Position numbers and translations under genes: made by a program. The notes beneath the pieces were generated by a model that ran no database searches, was not told the origin of the DNA, and worked only from the letters and a program-made list of their open reading frames with translations. From assembly GCA_000004985.1 (NCBI GenBank), contig GG738883.1: a stretch of 64,000 bases of DNA; one strand, given 5' to 3'. Each line of letters opens with the position of its first letter. Position 1 is the stretch's first letter. Positions 55,501 to 64,000 of the stretch are shown in pieces. The DNA is from Naegleria gruberi (taxonomy: Eukaryota).

Positions 55501-55660
55501 ACAATAATTTATTATTTTAATAAAATACTTTTGTGTTTTCACAAATATTTGTGCAAGATAAAATGGTCTGTCTACACAAACACAAATCACAAATTTTTAA
55601 ATCTGTGTAATTAATTTTTATTTGTGTTTAGAGATAAAATGCTCTCAATAAGAATCTTTT
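55501..55660. repeat. right arm of the inverted repeat
   Basis: The reverse complement of 55501-55660 is about 85% identical to 54864-55040, with one ~35-bp indel. Confidence 0.75.
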
Positions 55661-55740
55661 TCAATAATTATAATAAAAGTGTTAATTCTCGATTGTGGCA
55701 TAGTTTTTTGTAAATTCTGATATTTAACAACTAAATAAAA

Positions 55741-56460
55741 ATGCAACAACTTGACGAAGGAATTGACGAAGAAATCAACAGCAATTATCAACAAACAGAA
55801 ATATCCAACTCGGAATTGAATGAAAATTCCAATTCACCACAATTATCTATCAAGATTATCACATTCGGAGTATTGCATGGTAAAATTCCAAAGAATAGTT
55901 ATGATGTCTTGTACAATTTACAAGAACTTCCAAATCCTCTGACTGCACAAGCTAGAAAGAAGATGACTGGACTTTCAAAAGAGTTGAGAGAGGATTTCAT
56001 TTCCAATACAATGGTTAAATCTCATTTTGAAACATCGTATAGAGAAATTGTTGGAAAGTTGAATGAAAAATTAAAAGAATTGAGAAATATTGCTGTAGAA
56101 TTGGAGGATAAACCAGAGGAAGAGAAGGAAACCAAAGAAGATGAGGAAGAAAGTGAAGAAAATGAGGAAGACGAAGATGATGAGGAAGAAATTGAAGATG
56201 AAGACGAAGAAGAAGATGAAGAGGATGATGAGGAAGAAGATACTGATGAAAATACCTTTGTTATTGCTGTATGTTGTCACAAGGGAAAGCACAGATCTGT
56301 TTCATTTGCAGAAATTCTCAAAGAAAAGCTCACCTCAGATTCAACACTTCGTTCCTCAATTAGTTCCCTAAATGTTGTCCACAGGGATGTTCATAAGAAG
56401 GGTGCTTCCAACAATAACTCACGAGGCTCCCACAAGAGCAAATTCTTCAATGACTACTAA
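55741..56460 (+). CDS. protein with a bacterial RapZ (YhbJ/YvcJ) C-terminal-domain-like fold, interrupted by a long acidic (Glu/Asp) insertion
   Basis: 'SIKIITFGVLHGKIPKNSYDVLYNLQELPNP' parallels RapZ 'SFGFKYGIP.DAD.VFDVRFLPNPH'. 'FVIAVCCHKGKHRSVSFAEIL' parallels RapZ 'LTVAIGCTGGKHRSVYIAE'. No P-loop NTPase domain is present. Confidence 0.55.
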   Translation: MQQLDEGIDEEINSNYQQTEISNSELNENSNSPQLSIKIITFGVLHGKIPKNSYDVLYNLQELPNPLTAQARKKMTGLSKELREDFISNTMVKSHFETSYREIVGKLNEKLKELRNIAVELEDKPEEEKETKEDEEESEENEEDEDDEEEIEDEDEEEDEEDDEEEDTDENTFVIAVCCHKGKHRSVSFAEILKEKLTSDSTLRSSISSLNVVHRDVHKKGASNNNSRGSHKSKFFNDY

Positions 56461-56531
56461 CCAATCTCATTCAAACTTTACAATAATATATTCCAATTTA
56501 AATAATCTTTACAATTTTCCAATAGGAAAAA

Positions 56532-56837
56532 ATGTCTCAAAGTCAACAATGGCTTCGTAAAATTCTCTACTATATGCTCCATCTGATATTCGGAGGCAAT
56601 CAAGCCTACACATTCAAGCCAGGAGATTCTGTTCTTGTGATTGAAATTGGAAAGGATTTCGTCAAGTATTTTAAATTGACAAAACCAGAAGAACATGTGA
56701 CGAATGGAAAATCAATAACAAATGGAAAACAACTTGAAAATTATCAAAAACAATCTAATTATGGAGGAACCTTTTTGAATGTAAAGAGTTTGATGCCACC
56801 TTCTTCATCTTCCGATCATTCCATTCAAATTATTTGA
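56532..56837 (+). CDS. hypothetical small protein
   Basis: The 101-aa ORF has an ATG at 56532. It has a KOW-like 'FKPGDSVLVIEIGKD' stretch and no firm assignment. Confidence 0.3.
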   Translation: MSQSQQWLRKILYYMLHLIFGGNQAYTFKPGDSVLVIEIGKDFVKYFKLTKPEEHVTNGKSITNGKQLENYQKQSNYGGTFLNVKSLMPPSSSSDHSIQII

Positions 56838-57010
56838 ATTATTAATAATATGAAAAAAGGCTTTTTTGTTGAAATTTGATGATAGAATAATCCAATAAGA
56901 GATAGAAAAATTGATAATATTATCACCCCAATGATGCTAATGATAATAAGAATTATTAAAGTATCAAATAACAATTAAATTTATTTAATTATTAAAATTA
57001 TATTAAAAAA

Positions 57011-57586
57011 ATGTCTTTTGATCGTTGGATTCGTACAGGATCAATCACTTCAACAAATTTACCAACTCAACCTCACTTTGGATTGGATAATCCAAGAATT
57101 TCCTTGGGTTTGGAAAAGGACCTTCCAGAAATTACAAACAAGATTTTCGATCGATTATTAAATTATCACGTCTGTGCTGAGAATCAAGTCAATGAATTAC
57201 TTCAACAATTTGAATATAATAAGGTATTGGAAAAATCAGAAAAATCTCTGAATGAAGTGGACAAACATGTTGAGCAATCCACACAAAAGATTGTACAATC
57301 AATTGCTACTTTTGATGAAATTAATCCCGAAATTCAGAAAACTATTTCAGTCTCTCTGGCCTATGCACAAGATTGGATGAATAAGAAGACGAAGAGTCAA
57401 CAACCTCAGAAACCATCCTATCCAATTCATTCCCAATCATCTCTTCCTCCAACTGTTAATACTACAACACAACAATCAACAACAACTCCAACTACTTCAT
57501 CATCATCAACAACAACCCCTGTACAGCAAACAACTCCTTCCAATGAAGATCAATCTACAACAACAGCTTCCTCGGATAATAATTAA
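57011..57586 (+). CDS. hypothetical coiled-coil protein with a Thr/Ser/Gln-rich tail
   Basis: The 191-aa ORF has an ATG at 57011. It could be a small BLOC-1/BORC-like subunit, but that is not established. Confidence 0.45.
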   Translation: MSFDRWIRTGSITSTNLPTQPHFGLDNPRISLGLEKDLPEITNKIFDRLLNYHVCAENQVNELLQQFEYNKVLEKSEKSLNEVDKHVEQSTQKIVQSIATFDEINPEIQKTISVSLAYAQDWMNKKTKSQQPQKPSYPIHSQSSLPPTVNTTTQQSTTTPTTSSSSTTTPVQQTTPSNEDQSTTTASSDNN

Positions 57587-57652
57587 ATAAATTATCATGA
57601 TCCAATATATTAATACATTAATAATATTGAATTAATAATACAAACTTGGAAC

Positions 57653-58813
57653 ATGAACATTTCAAAACATAAAAAAATGGGAAACAAGTCGTCATTGGCT
57701 AAACGTGAAGGAGAACATGATTTGGATTTTTGTGAAAAATTGCAAGTAAAGAAACAAGATTCACTATCAAATGTTGATGAAGATGATGAGGATGAAGAAA
57801 AGAAAATTGAAAAATTGGATCCGATCTTGTCATCGTTAAATTATGATGTCATTTCTGAAGTTATTAGCTTTTTGGATGTAAAAAATCAACTTTTGGTGTG
57901 TTCTAGCTCGAAAGCATTGTTTAATGAATTTATTGGAACGGATTCGTATAACAAGTATTTCTATTCATGTGCTACGAAACATGCAATACCATCAATTAAT
58001 GACATGTCACTGCTAGATCACTTATTTAAAACAGCTAAGAGGGAATTTAAATCGTCACTCAATGAGGAGGAAATAATTGTTAAATTTAATAGAATATGGA
58101 GGAAACTGTTGAATATTTTGATTGAAACTCAATCATTTAAATTTAATTCATCACTTCCCAACATTGCATGCGAGGAGGATAGCCATTTATTAAGCTACCA
58201 AGGACAATCATTTGGAAATTTCACCTTCTCAATGGAAGCTCCATCAAACCTTAGCGAATTGTACGATAGTTCACAAAGTTTCTCTTCAGAAGAGCACCAG
58301 TTCCTTTTTAATTTTGAAATTGTAACAAAAGATCAAACCAGAAATATTTCTATTGGAATGGGTGACAAGGAAGTGAAGGATTTGAATTGTTCATCTCGAT
58401 TTCTTGGATTTCCAGACAATTCTCTATCCTATTCAAGTGATGGCTCAATAAGATTTAAAATAGTCGAGTCACTTAGGTATGAAATATCGCTGCTTCCCTA
58501 TAAACCAGGTGATCTAATTTCCATGCATGTCAAATCAAAACCCTACACAAAAGGCAAAGAGGTCTTTTACTCTTATCAAGTGAATTTCTTCTGTAATGGA
58601 CATTTTCTTCCTTACCTTGAAGGAGAGGAACAAAAACCATGCCCTCAATTTGATTGTCTGTGTCCTTTGTATCCTTCCTTTACATTGCATTCACCTGGTG
58701 ATTCTGTGAGGATGCTCTTCTCTAGGTCTTCACATAACAATCCTGCTGTTCATCACAAAAAGGCATTGGAACGTATTTTTGCCTTCATGTTGGAATATAA
58801 TTTGTTAAGTTAA
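57653..58813 (+). CDS. F-box-like plus SPRY/B30.2 domain protein; a possible alternative start at 57677 would give a myristoylatable MGNKSS
   Basis: The F-box-like region is 'LDPILSSLNYDVISEVISFLDVKNQLLV'. The SPRY-like region is 'ISIGMGDKEV...LSYSSDGSIRFKIVESLRY...PGDLISMHV'. Confidence 0.55.
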   Translation: MNISKHKKMGNKSSLAKREGEHDLDFCEKLQVKKQDSLSNVDEDDEDEEKKIEKLDPILSSLNYDVISEVISFLDVKNQLLVCSSSKALFNEFIGTDSYNKYFYSCATKHAIPSINDMSLLDHLFKTAKREFKSSLNEEEIIVKFNRIWRKLLNILIETQSFKFNSSLPNIACEEDSHLLSYQGQSFGNFTFSMEAPSNLSELYDSSQSFSSEEHQFLFNFEIVTKDQTRNISIGMGDKEVKDLNCSSRFLGFPDNSLSYSSDGSIRFKIVESLRYEISLLPYKPGDLISMHVKSKPYTKGKEVFYSYQVNFFCNGHFLPYLEGEEQKPCPQFDCLCPLYPSFTLHSPGDSVRMLFSRSSHNNPAVHHKKALERIFAFMLEYNLLS

Positions 58814-58998
58814 AAGATATATATCAAGTGTAGTAATAAATAGTATTTACACTGATATAATCAAACACCAACTCGGTACAACAGTCTGGTCTTCGGAATG
58901 GCTTTCAATGTTATTATCTTTGTATTTTGCAGTAGGCATCAAACTTCTGGGAAGCAAAAAAAAATATTAAAAATTTAATTTTTTCAAATAAATAAAAA

Positions 58999-59376
58999 AT
59001 GTCTTGGAGAGGAAAGGTATCAAAGAACATTCATCAAGTCGTGTTTTACTTTTGCAACAAGAATACCCAAAGCAAGGGTGTTAGAGATTTTTTAACAACA
59101 AATTATAGTGATATTAAAGCTTTGAACCCATCTACTGGTTTGCTCATCAGAGAAACTCCCGATGCCGAACCATTCATGATGATCGAACGTCATTATGGTG
59201 CCAGAGAAAAGAAGGATTTGAAGGATTTATCACAAAACGATATTGAAAATATTTTAAAGGAAGTGACGTTGGAAGCTGAAAAGCCAAAGGACACTAGACC
59301 TGTACATGAAAAGATTGCTGATGTTGTTACTGAAGAATTTGTTCGTTTCCATCCAGAAATGCCATACAGATTGTAA
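58999..59376 (+). CDS. L51_S25_CI-B8-domain protein (NADH dehydrogenase 1 alpha subcomplex subunit 2 / mitoribosomal L43 family)
   Basis: 'QVVFYFCNKNTQSKGVRDFLTTNYSDIKALNPSTGLLIRETPDAEPFMMIERHYGAREK' matches the NDUFA2 thioredoxin-like fold signature 'GVREF...Y..LK..NP..P.LIRE'. Confidence 0.65.
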   Translation: MSWRGKVSKNIHQVVFYFCNKNTQSKGVRDFLTTNYSDIKALNPSTGLLIRETPDAEPFMMIERHYGAREKKDLKDLSQNDIENILKEVTLEAEKPKDTRPVHEKIADVVTEEFVRFHPEMPYRL

Positions 59377-59629
59377 ATTGAAAATAAAGATAAGCCATAG
59401 CGTGGGCCTTTTTTAATGTATTTAATTGATTCAATGAATTTCCGATTTAAACACAAGAAAAACATGCCAATTTTTAAAATTATTAGTATGAATGCTTTTT
59501 TCGTATTATGCTCTTTTTGTTTAGTTTATTTGGGTTTTGGTCATTGTTTACTTGACCATACCCTTGATAATTGAATAATGTTAAATAGATAGGGGTAATT
59601 ATTATATATGGGAAAGAGAAGATTTGGAA

Positions 59630-61435
59630 TTATTGTTTACTGTAGAAATGATTAATGGTTACATTAAATTGAATTTTTAAAAAACTTACCTCTTGTTGTG
59701 GAGCAGACTGTGAACTTTCAGACTGTTGTGCCTTATCTTCCTTCCACATAAACTTTAAAGATTTTCCGTCCATATCAGTTCCTTGTTGGGTTGCCTTAGT
59801 GGCATCAGCTCTAGTGGAATACTTTACAAGACAGGCGCCATCAGTGAGTACATCAACTTTGTCAACTGAACCAAACTTGGAAAAGTGGGATTGAATAGAT
59901 TCTGGATTCATCTTGTCCTCTGGTAAACCAGTAACATAGAGAGTTGAGGTTCTATTATCCTTAGAAAGAGTTCTTCCTGCAAAAGCTCCTCCTCTACCTC
60001 TTCCTCTGGCATAACCTCCTCTACCTCTGTAGGAACCAAAGTTTGGACTCTTTGTTGTTGATTCTGAACCTTCAGTGATTTGCTTGAGATCATCATCAAG
60101 GCTCTTTTCTTTCAATTCTTCTTGCTTCTTCTTGAAGAATTCTAATTGTTGTTGTTGCTTTGGTTTGGAAGCTTCAGAAACCTTTCCAATGATTGTCTTT
60201 TGAGTTTGCAAAGAGGATTCAATAGTTTCAGACAAACTCTTCATAATTGTAGCAAGTTCCTTTCTCTTTTCACTACCTTCTGGTAAACTTTCCAATTTCT
60301 TTTCCAAACTTTGATACATGGAAAGTTGTTGTGTGAGAATGTCTTCATTCTTCTTGGTAATTTCACTAGTTTTTTGGAGAGTAACAGTCTTTTGTACAAC
60401 TTCTTCAGCAACATTGTCTGAAGAGTGGTCAACCTTCATTTCACTTGCAACTCTCTTAGACCAAGCAGCTTGAATGAATCTATTTCCTAGAATGGCATCT
60501 GGTGTCTGCAATGCATTTTGAGCATCTTCCTTATTTTCAAATTGAACAAATGCCATGTGATTGTGTGATTTGACCATGATATTGACAATTGGACCAAACT
60601 TCTTGAAATAATAGAAAATCTTGTGCAAACGATTCAACTCTGGTGGAATTCCTGTCAACATTATAGTATTAGTAGATGGCAATCTAGCAGCTGTTGGATC
60701 TGACAAAATATCCTTATTCAAAACAAGAATATTATTTCCATAACTATCCTTGATAATTTCTCCTTCAATTCTCTTATTTTCCTTTCTCTTATCATTCTTA
60801 TCGTACTTGCTATCCCTCTCATATTTGGAATCCTTTCTATCATTCTTATCATATTTGCTATCTCTATCGTTATATTTCGAATCCCTATCATATTTACTGT
60901 CTCTATCATATTTTGAATCCTTTCGTTTGTCTCTAGTGTCTCTTCTTTCGTTATCGTAATCATCCTTTGATTTGGATTTTTCATAACCTTTAGTTTGTCT
61001 ATCCTGTTGTTTGTTATTTGGTGTTGGTTTAGTCTTTTTTGTATCCCTAGAGTATTCTTGATCGGTTTCATCTTTTCTTTTCCTTTTCGTTGAGTCGTTT
61101 TGTTGTGTTGAAGATGAAGAGGATGAAGAAGCAGCTGTAGAAGAAGTTGATGTTGTTGTTGTTGATGGAGGAGTTGTTGATTTTGGTTTCTCTTTAAATA
61201 ATCCTCTATCCAAAGCAGACATAAATTCTGATACAAAACTAGTAACTTGATCACCTAAAAATTCGTTCAATTGATCCTTCAATGTTCCTCCAATAGTTTC
61301 CTTGTCTGTGTCTCTCAACAAGGCCAACACATAGTCAGCAAGCAGAGTCGGATCAGCAGGACACTTGTCTCTCAAATGATCAATGAGCCATTGTTTAAGT
61401 TCTTGTTCTGCTGAAGCATCAAAAAGGGACGACAT
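59630..61435 (-). CDS. RBM26/RBM27-like RNA-binding protein (N-terminal PWI-like domain, Arg/Asp/Ser/Lys-Tyr repeat region, two RRMs)
   Basis: The PWI-like region is 'LKQWLIDHLRDKCPADPTLLADYVLALLRD'. The RRMs are 'TIMLTGIPPELN...FKKFGPIVNIMV...MAFVQFENKEDAQNAL' and 'TLYVTGLPEDKMN...FSKFGSVDKVDVL'. A possible terminal intron (GTAAGT at about 59692, acceptor CTACAG at about 59645) would end the protein at '...SAPQQE' with the stop in the next exon. Confidence 0.7.
   Translation of the reverse strand: MSSLFDASAEQELKQWLIDHLRDKCPADPTLLADYVLALLRDTDKETIGGTLKDQLNEFLGDQVTSFVSEFMSALDRGLFKEKPKSTTPPSTTTTSTSSTAASSSSSSSTQQNDSTKRKRKDETDQEYSRDTKKTKPTPNNKQQDRQTKGYEKSKSKDDYDNERRDTRDKRKDSKYDRDSKYDRDSKYNDRDSKYDKNDRKDSKYERDSKYDKNDKRKENKRIEGEIIKDSYGNNILVLNKDILSDPTAARLPSTNTIMLTGIPPELNRLHKIFYYFKKFGPIVNIMVKSHNHMAFVQFENKEDAQNALQTPDAILGNRFIQAAWSKRVASEMKVDHSSDNVAEEVVQKTVTLQKTSEITKKNEDILTQQLSMYQSLEKKLESLPEGSEKRKELATIMKSLSETIESSLQTQKTIIGKVSEASKPKQQQQLEFFKKKQEELKEKSLDDDLKQITEGSESTTKSPNFGSYRGRGGYARGRGRGGAFAGRTLSKDNRTSTLYVTGLPEDKMNPESIQSHFSKFGSVDKVDVLTDGACLVKYSTRADATKATQQGTDMDGKSLKFMWKEDKAQQSESSQSAPQQEVSFLKIQFNVTINHFYSKQ
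60780..60960 (-). repeat. imperfect ~18-bp coding tandem repeat (about 8 copies) encoding (R)DSKYD(K/R)
   Basis: Units like 'CTATC(C/T)CTATCATATTTG' recur on the + strand and translate on the minus strand to 'DSKYDRDSKYDRDSKYNDRDSKYDKNDRKDSKYERDSKYDKNDK'. Confidence 0.6.
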
Positions 61436-62174
61436 GTTTTAAATAATTCACGAGTATAAAGAAGCGTGCAATTGAATATTTTTTTGAAATGAAAAATTCT
61501 TTTTTTAATTTTGAGTTTTGTGGTTGAACAGGCATTGAAGATTGTTATTCGGTATTTGAAGATTAAGCAATGATTCAATTAATATTAGTGCAAAATGTTG
61601 AAAGAGGTGTGATGGATAAAATGATTTGTATAAACGAATCCAAACTATCCTCAACTAAAATCAAACTGTTAATGTTCACGAAAAGGAATTGGCTCATGAA
61701 ACAATTGTCGTCAAGAAAAAATAAGCAAAATAGTCTTTGCAATGTCGGCACACGTTATTCCGCAATAAAATTGACAATAACTTTGATTAATATTGTTTAG
61801 ATTTTGTTGTTGTGTGAAAAGAGGAATAATATCTTTTGGTCATCACGGATTTCTAATCGATATGAATAATGATTTGTGTTAATCGCTGACTAATACTAGA
61901 TTTAAAAGGTACTGATGATGATTATTCCATTCCTTGTTGTCCTTCATGAAAATGTTATTTGTGTGTGATAAAGAGCCATGTTTATTGGTTTTATTTTTTA
62001 TTTCTCTGCTCTGGTTCTGTGGGCTGCGTACTCATTGTAAAAAACTCATGGTCAAGACAACCTGAAAATATTTAAAAAATTTGTTGAAAAAAATACACTA
62101 AAATGTAAGTTGCTATTTTATCCCTCAAATCTCACTTAAACTTTCTGTCTTTGCCATTCATCCAACAATAAAAG

Positions 62175-62567
62175 ATGACTCGTGCTTCAATTTTGAACGA
62201 CGCCCTTACCACTCTCAGAAACGCCGAAAAGGACGGTAAGAGACAAGTCTTGCTCAGACCAGCCTCAAAGACTATTACCAAATTCTTGGAAGTCATGCAA
62301 AAGCACGGTTACATTGGTGAATTCGAAGAAGTCGATGACCATAGATCTGGAAAGATTGTTGTTGAATTGACTGGTAGAATCAACAAGTGTGGTATCATCT
62401 CCCCAAGATACGACGTTAATGTTGAAGAAATTGAAAAGTGGGTTACTAACTTGCTCCCATCTAGACAATTCGGTTATGTTGTTTTGACCACCTCAAAGGG
62501 TATCATGGATCACGAAGAAGCCAGACAAAAGCACACTGGTGGTAAGGTTCTCGGATTCTTCTATTAA
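62175..62567 (+). CDS. RPS15A: 40S ribosomal protein S15a (uS8; yeast Rps22)
   Basis: The 130-aa product is about 70% identical to animal and fungal uS8 ('[12 protein letters not shown]...[38 protein letters not shown]...[38 protein letters not shown]'). An intron-like GTAAGT...AAAAG element at 62105-62174 lies directly before the ATG. Confidence 0.9.
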   Translation: MTRASILNDALTTLRNAEKDGKRQVLLRPASKTITKFLEVMQKHGYIGEFEEVDDHRSGKIVVELTGRINKCGIISPRYDVNVEEIEKWVTNLLPSRQFGYVVLTTSKGIMDHEEARQKHTGGKVLGFFY

Positions 62568-62743
62568 ATAAATTATAAAATTATCTTAAAATTATCTCAA
62601 ATTTCATTGTTTACTTTTATTAATACATTATTCACTTTTAACATCCAACTTCCATTGATGATGTAATCTTTATAATTGGTTCTTGTCTTGTAATAGAATG
62701 TGTCTCTTTTGACGTGTCTTATACGTGGAAACAACTTTAAAAA

Positions 62744-63541
62744 ATGGATCAACATGATAAGCTTCTCAAGGAAGCAAAGAATCTCATCCAACAAATTAAT
62801 AGACAATTGGATGATTTGGAAAATCAGTACTCAAATTCTGTTTCTCATCAAATACATAACAGTAATACACGAACATACAAGAGGAGAGTATCGAATGGTG
62901 AAAAGCTTTCCTATGAGGAGAGTTTGGAAGGAGGTTATTCATACAATTCGGACGCCTCTCGTGATCGTCACTCAATCAATCTAACAAAGGAATCTCTTTT
63001 TGAGAATGTTAAAACACTCTCCAGCTATGAAAAAACTTTAAAGAATTACTTTTCGGACATGCCAAGAGGAAAGCAAAAAGACAAGTGGCAAATTCAAATA
63101 ACAACACTTTCTCATGATGTACAAAATATTACAAACACAATGAACAAGCTTAATAGAAAACATACAAATTTTGAAAATGAAAGAAAACTACTTGAATTGG
63201 ATGGTGAAGATGAACGAAGATCATTCAATAATAATGATAATGAATTGGAAAGTGCTCTCACAGAATATGGAGTTCAAGGAAAATCAATGGACAATTCAAT
63301 TAGATTAATCGAGCAAATGAAACAAGTGGGAATTGACTCTTTAGGAATGTTATCGGACCAAAGGTCAACTTTGAAAATAATTCATGAAAAACTCATTGGG
63401 ATGGGATCAACATTAGGAATTTCTCAATCTACAATGAGATCTATTGAAAGAAGATATGTAAGAGACAAGTACATTATCATGGCTGGAATGATTTTTATAA
63501 CTTTACTCTTGATATTTGTCTATTACTATTTTAAAAAGTAG
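62744..63541 (+). CDS. Golgi Qb-SNARE membrin/GOSR2/Bos1 homologue (tail-anchored)
   Basis: The C-terminal SNARE motif plus TM 'QRSTLKIIHEKLIGMGSTLGISQSTMRSIERRYVRDKYIIMAGMIFITLLLIF' aligns with membrin '[50 protein letters not shown]'. Confidence 0.75.
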   Translation: MDQHDKLLKEAKNLIQQINRQLDDLENQYSNSVSHQIHNSNTRTYKRRVSNGEKLSYEESLEGGYSYNSDASRDRHSINLTKESLFENVKTLSSYEKTLKNYFSDMPRGKQKDKWQIQITTLSHDVQNITNTMNKLNRKHTNFENERKLLELDGEDERRSFNNNDNELESALTEYGVQGKSMDNSIRLIEQMKQVGIDSLGMLSDQRSTLKIIHEKLIGMGSTLGISQSTMRSIERRYVRDKYIIMAGMIFITLLLIFVYYYFKK

Positions 63542-63600
63542 TTCATTTATTTGTCGATTTTTGAGCTCCTTTTTTAAGACTTTCAATAATTTTCATGTTA

Positions 63601-64000
63601 TTAGCTGATGCATGAATTGTAAATAAAATCATGTGATGAAATATCCAGATACTTACGATTTTTGGCGAGAGATTGTATTGTTAGGGCGCATACTTTCTTT
63701 AAATTTTCATTCTTTGATATATTGATTGTGTGAAGGAGCATTTCAAGTCCTTTCATCTTTCCAACCTTGGTACTTGTATCTTCATGGGATGACATATTCT
63801 TTATGCATAACACTGCTTCCTTAACAATGTTATCATTCTTATTGGTGAGTAATTTAAGGATTATTGGAATGTACTTCTGGTCGTTTGATACAACTTTCAC
63901 GTTCATTTCTTATTTAAAATTGAATATACAATTAATTCAATATGTTGAAACTTACTTTCTGATGTATAGTTCTTAATGATTGTTAGGATATTCTCTAAAA
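63601..64000 (-). CDS. 3' portion of an ARM/HEAT-like repeat protein whose gene continues beyond the window end
   Basis: An upstream exon (about 64000-63947, '...LENILTIIKNYTSE') splices through GTAAGT...AATAAG into the 63912 exon ('KMNVKVVSNDQKYIPIILKLLTNKNDNIVKEAVLCIKNM...'). A further GTAAGT donor at about 63625 suggests a short terminal exon. Confidence 0.4.

Larger units (their letters stand above)
54864..55660. mobile_element. candidate foldback/MITE-like non-autonomous element (about 170-bp terminal inverted repeats flanking a ~460-bp non-coding core) in a bidirectional promoter
   Basis: The structure is inferred from the inverted repeat. I found no ORF inside and no clear target-site duplication (flanks ...ACACAA| and |TAAGAA). 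Confidence 0.35.

Noticed and set aside
1-64000. CRISPR arrays, rRNA genes, prokaryotic operon structure
   Set aside because: There are no short direct repeats with unique spacers and no rRNA-like conserved blocks. The genes have spliceosomal introns and eukaryote-specific products, so prokaryotic feature classes do not apply.
1-64000. Assignment to Dictyostelium discoideum or a ciliate
   Set aside because: Dictyostelium intergenic DNA is more than 85% AT with long homopolymer runs; here the spacers are mixed-complexity. Ciliates are excluded because TAA and TAG terminate every well-supported ORF. I leave the taxon open.

Overview
This is a gene-dense, AT-rich (about 30-35% GC) nuclear segment from a eukaryote, not a prokaryote. 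I call about 45 protein-coding genes on both strands. Intergenic spacers are 150-950 bp. Introns are few and short (43-190 bp), with GTAAGT, GTATGT or GTTTGT donors and (A/T)AG acceptors. TAA is the standard stop codon and the nuclear genetic code is canonical. There is one tRNA-Asn(GTT) gene. Several ORFs in the supplied track start at TTG, GTG or CTG; I re-anchored those to the first in-frame ATG or to a spliced upstream exon. The organism looks like an amoeboid protist or an early-branching fungus. Dictyostelium discoideum is unlikely because the intergenic DNA is too complex, and ciliates are excluded because TAA and TAG act as stops.

Confidently recognisable genes are:
- a MINDY (DUF544) deubiquitinase;
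- LAMTOR2 of the Ragulator complex;
- a RhoGAP-domain protein;
- RNA polymerase I/III subunit AC19;
- RABL6;
- a sigma-class glutathione S-transferase;
- a PQ-loop transporter;
- an M32 carboxypeptidase Taq;
- an acetyl-CoA hydrolase/CoA-transferase;
- beta-adaptin;
- an Aa_trans amino-acid transporter;
- NELF-B;
- an ABHD-type hydrolase;
- an NDUFA2/MRPL43-family protein;
- an RBM26/27-like RNA-binding protein;
- ribosomal protein S15a;
- the Golgi SNARE membrin.

The most unusual items are:
- two F-box-Ras-CaaX fusion genes;
- three clustered paralogues of a novel type-I membrane protein family with PPxY/Pro-Gln-Tyr-rich tails;
- a protein built on a bacterial RapZ C-terminal-like domain, which sits next to a ~0.8 kb foldback (long inverted repeat) element inside a bidirectional promoter;
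- several genes with bacterial affinities (M32 peptidase, CoA-transferase, PF00756 esterase).

No CRISPR array, rRNA gene or obvious autonomous transposon is present.
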